From an uncultured Gammaproteobacteria bacterium (GTDB taxonomy: Bacteria > Patescibacteriota > Patescibacteriia > Magasanikbacterales > GWA2-37-8): 64,000 bases of DNA. Below, piece after piece: positions 58,717 through 64,000 of this stretch (its first letter is position 1; each line of letters starts with the position of its first letter). A program made the position numbers and the translations under genes. Below the pieces are notes generated by a model, which was given only the letters and a program-made list of their open reading frames with translations, was not told the DNA's origin and did not search any database. Where the stretch lies: positions 64,445 through 128,444 of the forward strand of contig CAYHBZ010000001.1 in assembly GCA_964355175.1 (NCBI GenBank), read 5' to 3'.

Positions 58717-59483
58717 ACTCTTTTAATTTTTTTGTATATTATTAGGCTTGCAAATACAGCGGTGGCCTTGAAAATACGGCCTAAACGCCATGGCTGTCTA
58801 AATAAACGATATAACCATTCTAGCCCAATTTTACGCAAAAAACAAGGGGCGCGCCTGGTTATGCCGGAAATATAATCAAAAGATCCCCCTACTCCCATCG
58901 CCAATTTTACCGTGGGCAAATTTTTAATATTCTCGTAAATCCACTTCTCTTGCTTATTATGCCCAAAAGCCACCAACAACACATCCGGAGCAGTCATAAT
59001 AATATCGTAAATAGCATTATCGTTGGCATTTGATTCGGAAATTATTTTATTCTGATCTTCTACTAATAAAAACTCTATTTCTGGACCAGGATTAAATCCG
59101 GCAATCCGCAAATTTGGAAATTGTTTTTTTAAATTTTCAGCCGTCTTTTCGAGCACCTCTCTAGAACCAGAGCCGAGCAAATAGACGCTCTTATTTTCTT
59201 TCTGGGCCAATTCACACAATCTCAAAACAAAATCAACGCCGGGAATACGCTTAATTTCCCCAGCGCTGACAAAAGTCACTCCAAAGCCATCGCTAATATT
59301 AAGATCCCCGAGATTTAAAACCTTTTTAAAATAACTATCATTCTGCGCATCCACGAGCATTTCTGGATTTGGCGTAAAAACCAAATTTTGTTTATTGGAA
59401 TATAAAAAACCCCGCGCTTTTTCTAGCGCCCGATCCATAGTAAGACTATCAATTTTCACTCCCAAAATTTCTTTCATAACCAT
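58713..59483 (-). CDS. WecB/TagA/CpsF-family glycosyltransferase
   Basis: ~250 aa GT26-like; conserved pattern around VYLLGSG and LAMGVGGSFD. Confidence 0.55.
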   Translation of the reverse strand: MVMKEILGVKIDSLTMDRALEKARGFLYSNKQNLVFTPNPEMLVDAQNDSYFKKVLNLGDLNISDGFGVTFVSAGEIKRIPGVDFVLRLCELAQKENKSVYLLGSGSREVLEKTAENLKKQFPNLRIAGFNPGPEIEFLLVEDQNKIISESNANDNAIYDIIMTAPDVLLVAFGHNKQEKWIYENIKNLPTVKLAMGVGGSFDYISGITRRAPCFLRKIGLEWLYRLFRQPWRLGRIFKATAVFASLIIYKKIKRV

Positions 59484-59594
59484 AAAATTGTAGCTTATTT
59501 AGCCAAAAAAATCAATTAGCCAAAACACCCTAACATTCCATTTTTAAAAAGTCAACAAAAAATCCTCTGATTTCTCAGAGGATTTTTATATTTT

Positions 59595-61394
59595 TTATTT
59601 GATAAATCCACCAGCTTGCAGATCCCAAAGTTTCTTGTACAGACCGCCTTTTTTCTTGAGCAACTGGGCGTGCGTACCGTCTTCAGCCACCGCGCCCTTA
59701 TCTATCACCAAAATTCTATCAGCACTCATAATTGTAGACAAGCGATGCGCAATCATAATCACAGTTTTGCCTTGCATCAAAATATTCAAAGCGTCTTGGA
59801 TATAATGTTCGGATTGAGAATCCAAGCTAGACGTAGCCTCATCCAAAAATAGAATCGGCGCATTTTTGAGAATCGCGCGCGCTATTGCGACACGCTGACG
59901 CTCACCACCTGAAAGCTTCACACCGCGCTCACCCACATAAGTATCATAAGTTTCCGGCAGACCGGCAATAAACTCATGACAATGGGCCAATTTGGCCGCC
60001 GCCTCTATTTCGGCATCGGTGGCGTCAAATCTACCATAGCGGATATTTTCACGTAAAGTACGATGGAATAAAATAGGATCCTGAGGTACCAACGAAATAT
60101 TTTTCCACAGACTTTCTTGAGAAACTTTGGCAATATTTTGTCCATCAATCAAAACTTTTCCTGCCGACACATCGTGCATACGCAACAACAATTTCACTAG
60201 CGTAGATTTACCGGCACCAGACGGCCCCACCAAAGCAATTTTCTGACCACTCTTAATTTCCAAATTAAATTTCTTCAGAATGGCACGAGTTTCATGATAA
60301 TTAAATCCAACTTCTTTAAATTCAATCTTACCTTCCCCTACTTTCAAATCCTTGGCCCCAGGCACATCATTTATTTCGTGAGGAGCGACCAAAATTTCCG
60401 TCATTTCTGCCGCTTCGGACAGATCTGAATAGATATTACGTACCACACGACCAAAATTCCAAATATTTTGCACCACCGTGATTATGTATGCCTGGATCAA
60501 CATCAAATCACCGGCCGTGAATTTACCCACTTGCCATAGCTTGATACCGATATACATCAACACCGCTTCCAGTAAAAAGGCAAAGAAAGCCTGAAAACCA
60601 TCGAAGGCACTATCCATGTACCAAGAAAAAAGTTGTAAGCGGGAAAATTTAGCCTGAGTATCTTTGAAATAACCCTTCTCTTTCCCGTAACCGTTAAATA
60701 ATTTTACATTAACATGATTGGTAATAGTATCGGCCAAAACACCACTGACGGCTGAATCGGCTTCACTGCGCATGATATCGTACTTGATGCGATAGCGATT
60801 ATAAAATACGCTAATCACCACATACACCGCTATCCAGATAAGCAAAGCGAGACCAAGATAAAGATTGCGATAAAATAAAACACCTAAAACGATAGTAATT
60901 TCCAGCACCATTTCGGCCACATTGAAAATAATACGATCGTTGAGCGATTCAAACGAACGCACAAATCTGTTCACGCGCTTTACCAGCGAACCTACAAAAT
61001 TATTATTGAAAAAAGTAAAAGAATGACGATGTAAATAGCCAAAAGCAAAATTACCCAAATCTGACATCGTCTTGGAGCAAAAATAAGAATCCGCGAACAT
61101 CTCCAGACGGCGCGAAGCAAATTGTACAAAACGTAAAAATACTATTATCCAAAATATTTTATAAAGGGCGGGCAATAATTCTTCTACACTGCCGCTTTGC
61201 GCCAAAATATCCACAAATTGTTTCAAATAAAGTGGTACTGTTACACCAACAACTGAGGTAACTACAGCGCAACCGATAACCAAAGATAGAGATATTTTAT
61301 ATCTCTTCAAAAATTTCCAGTAAAAACCGGCGGTTTCTTTGACGTAAAGTCTCTTGGTCTTGCTTTCCGTTTTCATAAAACACGATACGCGCAC
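59595..61394 (-). CDS. ABC exporter, fused TMD-NBD (MsbA-like)
   Basis: 6-TM N-domain; Walker A GPSGAGKST, signature LSGGERQR, Walker B ILFLDEATS. Confidence 0.8.
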   Translation of the reverse strand: MRVSCFMKTESKTKRLYVKETAGFYWKFLKRYKISLSLVIGCAVVTSVVGVTVPLYLKQFVDILAQSGSVEELLPALYKIFWIIVFLRFVQFASRRLEMFADSYFCSKTMSDLGNFAFGYLHRHSFTFFNNNFVGSLVKRVNRFVRSFESLNDRIIFNVAEMVLEITIVLGVLFYRNLYLGLALLIWIAVYVVISVFYNRYRIKYDIMRSEADSAVSGVLADTITNHVNVKLFNGYGKEKGYFKDTQAKFSRLQLFSWYMDSAFDGFQAFFAFLLEAVLMYIGIKLWQVGKFTAGDLMLIQAYIITVVQNIWNFGRVVRNIYSDLSEAAEMTEILVAPHEINDVPGAKDLKVGEGKIEFKEVGFNYHETRAILKKFNLEIKSGQKIALVGPSGAGKSTLVKLLLRMHDVSAGKVLIDGQNIAKVSQESLWKNISLVPQDPILFHRTLRENIRYGRFDATDAEIEAAAKLAHCHEFIAGLPETYDTYVGERGVKLSGGERQRVAIARAILKNAPILFLDEATSSLDSQSEHYIQDALNILMQGKTVIMIAHRLSTIMSADRILVIDKGAVAEDGTHAQLLKKKGGLYKKLWDLQAGGFIK

Positions 61395-61451
61395 CCAATG
61401 GGCGCGCTCTGTATAAGAAGACGCTAAAAACCCATTTTTGTTACAAATTAG

Positions 61452-62231
61452 CTACATTTTGATCTTATTGAAAAAATAGCTGGCCAATCCTAGCAAGACC
61501 AGCGTTGTTCCAGAAAGCACAGCCAGATCCAATCCTAGACTAAAATGGGCGTAAGAGGGGCCAATAAGCAGATAACGCAGAGCGTCCACTCCATAAGTCA
61601 AAGGATCAAGAGCGGCCACAATAGTCATGATTTTGGGCAGACCTTCCAAAGGAAACAGCGCACCCGACAGGAAAAACATTGGCATGATAAGAAAATTTAC
61701 AATAATCTGAAAAGCATGCATATCTTCAAGCAGTGACCCAATCACCGTGCCAAAAGCGGCAAATAGCAGAGAAATCAAAAACATCACCCCAAAAGCGCCC
61801 AGTAGCGCCCACCAGGAATAAACTTTAAATTTAAAAATTGAAACAATTAAGAGCACAATAAATCCCTGTAAAAAAGCCACAGTCGCTCCACCCAAGGTGC
61901 GACCCAGCACAATCTTAAATCTACTCACCGGCGCCACAAATGTTTCTTTGAGAAATCCAAACTGCCGGTCCCAAATCATCTCAATACCGGAAAATACCGA
62001 CAAAAATAAAATACTCATCGCGATAATTCCCGGAGTAATAAACTGGATATAGTTGCCACCACCGGCTTTTTCATAAACCGGTCCAAAACCAAATCCCAAA
62101 GCCACCAAAAATAACAGCGGCTGACCAAGCGAGCCAACAATACGCGAACGACTGCGTAAATATTTTTTTATCTGTCTCAACCACAAAATGTATATCACCA
62201 TATAAAAAAGATAAAAAATTATTTGCGCCAC
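61452..62231 (-). CDS. ABC-2-type transporter permease
   Basis: 6-TM, 259 aa; overlaps the downstream ABC ATPase (operon). Confidence 0.65.
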   Translation of the reverse strand: MAQIIFYLFYMVIYILWLRQIKKYLRSRSRIVGSLGQPLLFLVALGFGFGPVYEKAGGGNYIQFITPGIIAMSILFLSVFSGIEMIWDRQFGFLKETFVAPVSRFKIVLGRTLGGATVAFLQGFIVLLIVSIFKFKVYSWWALLGAFGVMFLISLLFAAFGTVIGSLLEDMHAFQIIVNFLIMPMFFLSGALFPLEGLPKIMTIVAALDPLTYGVDALRYLLIGPSYAHFSLGLDLAVLSGTTLVLLGLASYFFNKIKM

Positions 62232-63004
62232 ATCTTACCCTGCTGGCGCATAATGTCGGCGCTACTGGATTCCTCGTCGCGAATAGTTTTGCCGGTCAAT
62301 GCCAAAAACGCATCTTCGAGCGAACTGGTGCTGGTCTGGGCCTGCAATTCCACCGCTGTCCCCTGCCCCACTATTTTGCCGTGATCAATAATTATAATTC
62401 GATCGGCCACTTTTTGCGCTTCTTGCATATAATGGGTGCTAAAAAATACCGTCATTTTTTCTTCACGAGCCATTTTGGCTACATATTCCCAAATATGATT
62501 GCGTGTTTGCGGATCCAGACCAAGAGTCGGCTCATCCAAAAATAAAATTTTGGGATGATGGGTCAAACCACGCGCGATTTCGAGGCGCCGTTTCATACCG
62601 CCGGAAAACTTTTTTACCTGATCGTCACGCCTATCCCACAGCTCTACAAATTTCAACAATTGTTCAATGCGCTCCAACCGTATTTTTTTTGATACACCAT
62701 AAAGTATTGCGTGAATTTCCATATTTTCCCAAGCACTTAATTCATCATCGAGGCTGGGATCCTGAAAAATAATTCCAAAAGAACGACGCGCCGCGTCCGA
62801 ATCTACACTGGGATCAATTCCATTTAGTTCCAACTTTCCTTCTGTAGGATCAATAAGCGTAGTAAACATTTTTATGGTGGTAGTTTTCCCCGCGCCATTT
62901 GGCCCCAAAAAAGCCAATATCTCGCCCTCAGATACCGAAAAGCTGATATTATCTACGGCCAAAAAATCTCCGTATTTTTTTGTTAAATTAATCGCATCAA
63001 TCAT
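62219..63004 (-). CDS. ABC transporter ATP-binding protein (ABC-2 partner)
   Basis: Walker A GPNGAGKTT, signature FSGGMKRR, Walker B ILFLDEPT. Confidence 0.85.
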   Translation of the reverse strand: MIDAINLTKKYGDFLAVDNISFSVSEGEILAFLGPNGAGKTTTIKMFTTLIDPTEGKLELNGIDPSVDSDAARRSFGIIFQDPSLDDELSAWENMEIHAILYGVSKKIRLERIEQLLKFVELWDRRDDQVKKFSGGMKRRLEIARGLTHHPKILFLDEPTLGLDPQTRNHIWEYVAKMAREEKMTVFFSTHYMQEAQKVADRIIIIDHGKIVGQGTAVELQAQTSTSSLEDAFLALTGKTIRDEESSSADIMRQQGKMWRK

Positions 63005-63492
63005 AGAGTTGCGTTTACTTTTTCATTATATTCTTTTAAATCAGCCAACACCTCATCAGCGTGCGTTTCTGGCTTTACGCCTTCATATACTTTGGCAATC
63101 TTACCTTGCGGATCTATTAGAAACGATTCGCGCATTATCCCCATATACTCGCGTCCCATAAATTTCTTTTTCTGCCAGACATCATAGGCCTGCACCACTT
63201 CTTTATTTTCATCGGCCAATAATGTAAATGGTAATTTAAATTTATCCGCAAATTTACGATGACTTTTTACCGAATCCACACTCACCCCAAAAATTTTGGC
63301 CTGAAGTTTTTTAAACTTAGGCAAATTATCACGCAAAGAACACGCTTCGGTGGTACAACCGGCGGTATCGTCTTTTGGATAAAAATATAACAACACCCAT
63401 TGTCCGGCGTAATCTTTCAAATCGTGCATTTTCCCGTCTTGATCCGGCAGATGAAACCCTGGCGCTTTCGCCCCAACTTTTAATTTGGACAT
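63001..63492 (-). CDS. bcp: peroxiredoxin Bcp (AhpC/TSA family)
   Basis: thioredoxin fold with peroxidatic Cys in PKDDTAGCTTE. Confidence 0.8.
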   Translation of the reverse strand: MSKLKVGAKAPGFHLPDQDGKMHDLKDYAGQWVLLYFYPKDDTAGCTTEACSLRDNLPKFKKLQAKIFGVSVDSVKSHRKFADKFKLPFTLLADENKEVVQAYDVWQKKKFMGREYMGIMRESFLIDPQGKIAKVYEGVKPETHADEVLADLKEYNEKVNATL

Positions 63493-63533
63493 AAATTTAT
63501 TATTAACCTCTTGTATTATAGCAAATATAAAAA

Positions 63534-63569
63534 GAAAAAGAACCAGCCCGTCTGGGCCATGGTTCTTTT
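63534..63569. terminator. hairpin terminator upstream of bcp (ends a minus-strand unit further right)
   Basis: aagaaccagccc-gtct-gggccatggttctttt. Confidence 0.5.
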
Positions 63570-63704
63570 ACTGATGCAGCGTATCTCCTGTATAGGAGCA
63601 AAGTAGCTACAATCAGCGCCGGCTTCATGGAGGATCACTACCGATCTCTCCTATTAAGTATATACGACCATCCTGCCGCATTTGTTTCACTCACCCATAT
63701 AATT

Positions 63705-63944
63705 CTAATTTGCACCCGCGGCGGAAGTTGGCGTCGTGGATATAGAGGGCGTAGAAGTATTATAAGACTCTAATTCGCTATGCTGTCCACTACCCGACAA
63801 GGGTATGGGTGTGCCCAAAAATTTTGGCTTGGCATGAAAGAGTACATCAAAAAATCCCTTCACCCGTGCCATTGATTCGCGTATTTTTAACCAAACAATA
63901 CCACGGTAAGTGTGCTTGTCGGCCGAAAGCCCCACCACTTTCAT
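63705..63944 (-). CDS. hypothetical 79-aa protein with S/T/P-rich C-terminus
   Basis: ORF preceded by an AGGAG Shine-Dalgarno 7 nt before the ATG, unusual here; locally GC-richer DNA; no recognisable domain. Confidence 0.3.
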   Translation of the reverse strand: MKVVGLSADKHTYRGIVWLKIRESMARVKGFFDVLFHAKPKFLGTPIPLSGSGQHSELESYNTSTPSISTTPTSAAGAN

Positions 63945-64000
63945 ACCCAGGCTCCTGCCAAAATAAACAGCGCGATTCAGATGAAAATTTTGCGTGACCA

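Noticed and set aside
63540-63700. 5S rRNA, or the 16S 3' end (ggaggatcac resembles GGATCACCTCCTT)
   Set aside because: The minus-strand sequence only loosely resembles the 5S AUGGUAGUG region and lacks the conserved 5S helices. The anti-SD-like string is not in a 16S context.

Overview
The window is a 64-kb, AT-rich, gene-dense bacterial chromosome segment with short intergenic spacers. Its gene content resembles a reduced Patescibacteria/CPR-like genome, but that assignment is inference only. Genes are almost all on the + strand up to ~54.9 kb, then a minus-strand block runs to the end. Recognisable content: a complete F1Fo ATP synthase operon (atpZ-like, B, E, F, H, A, G, D, C); five aminoacyl-tRNA synthetases (proS, metG, lysS, serS, gltX); mreB-mreC-mreD-like-PBP2; ddl and alr; thiI and rsmI; typA; two greA paralogues; tatD; a minimal Fe-S unit (Rrf2 regulator, cysteine desulfurase, Trx-like ferredoxin); a UvrD-type helicase fused to a Cas4/RecB-like nuclease; a Ham1-Nudix fusion; an HNH endonuclease translationally coupled to a Xer-like tyrosine recombinase; an ABC exporter and an ABC-2 pair; a peroxiredoxin. 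No rRNA, canonical tRNA or CRISPR array was found. Non-coding highlights: (1) a family of ~50-70-bp palindromic repeats (5 full copies plus 1 half copy), each sitting directly after a stop codon, four of them inside the atp operon; (2) three GC-rich, stop-poor islands (~10.42-10.76 kb, ~24.47-24.56 kb, ~54.54-54.86 kb) that look like structured RNAs and could not be matched by eye to tmRNA, RNase P RNA, SRP RNA or T-box; (3) a consensus promoter whose 17-nt spacer contains a C9 homopolymer, upstream of a hypothetical gene in a small island with distinct A-ending codon usage; (4) two unlisted sORFs, a 44-aa peptide with 25% Cys (metallothionein-like) and a 36-aa highly basic peptide flanked by a consensus promoter and a terminator. 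All functional calls rest on motif recognition by eye. No database search was run.
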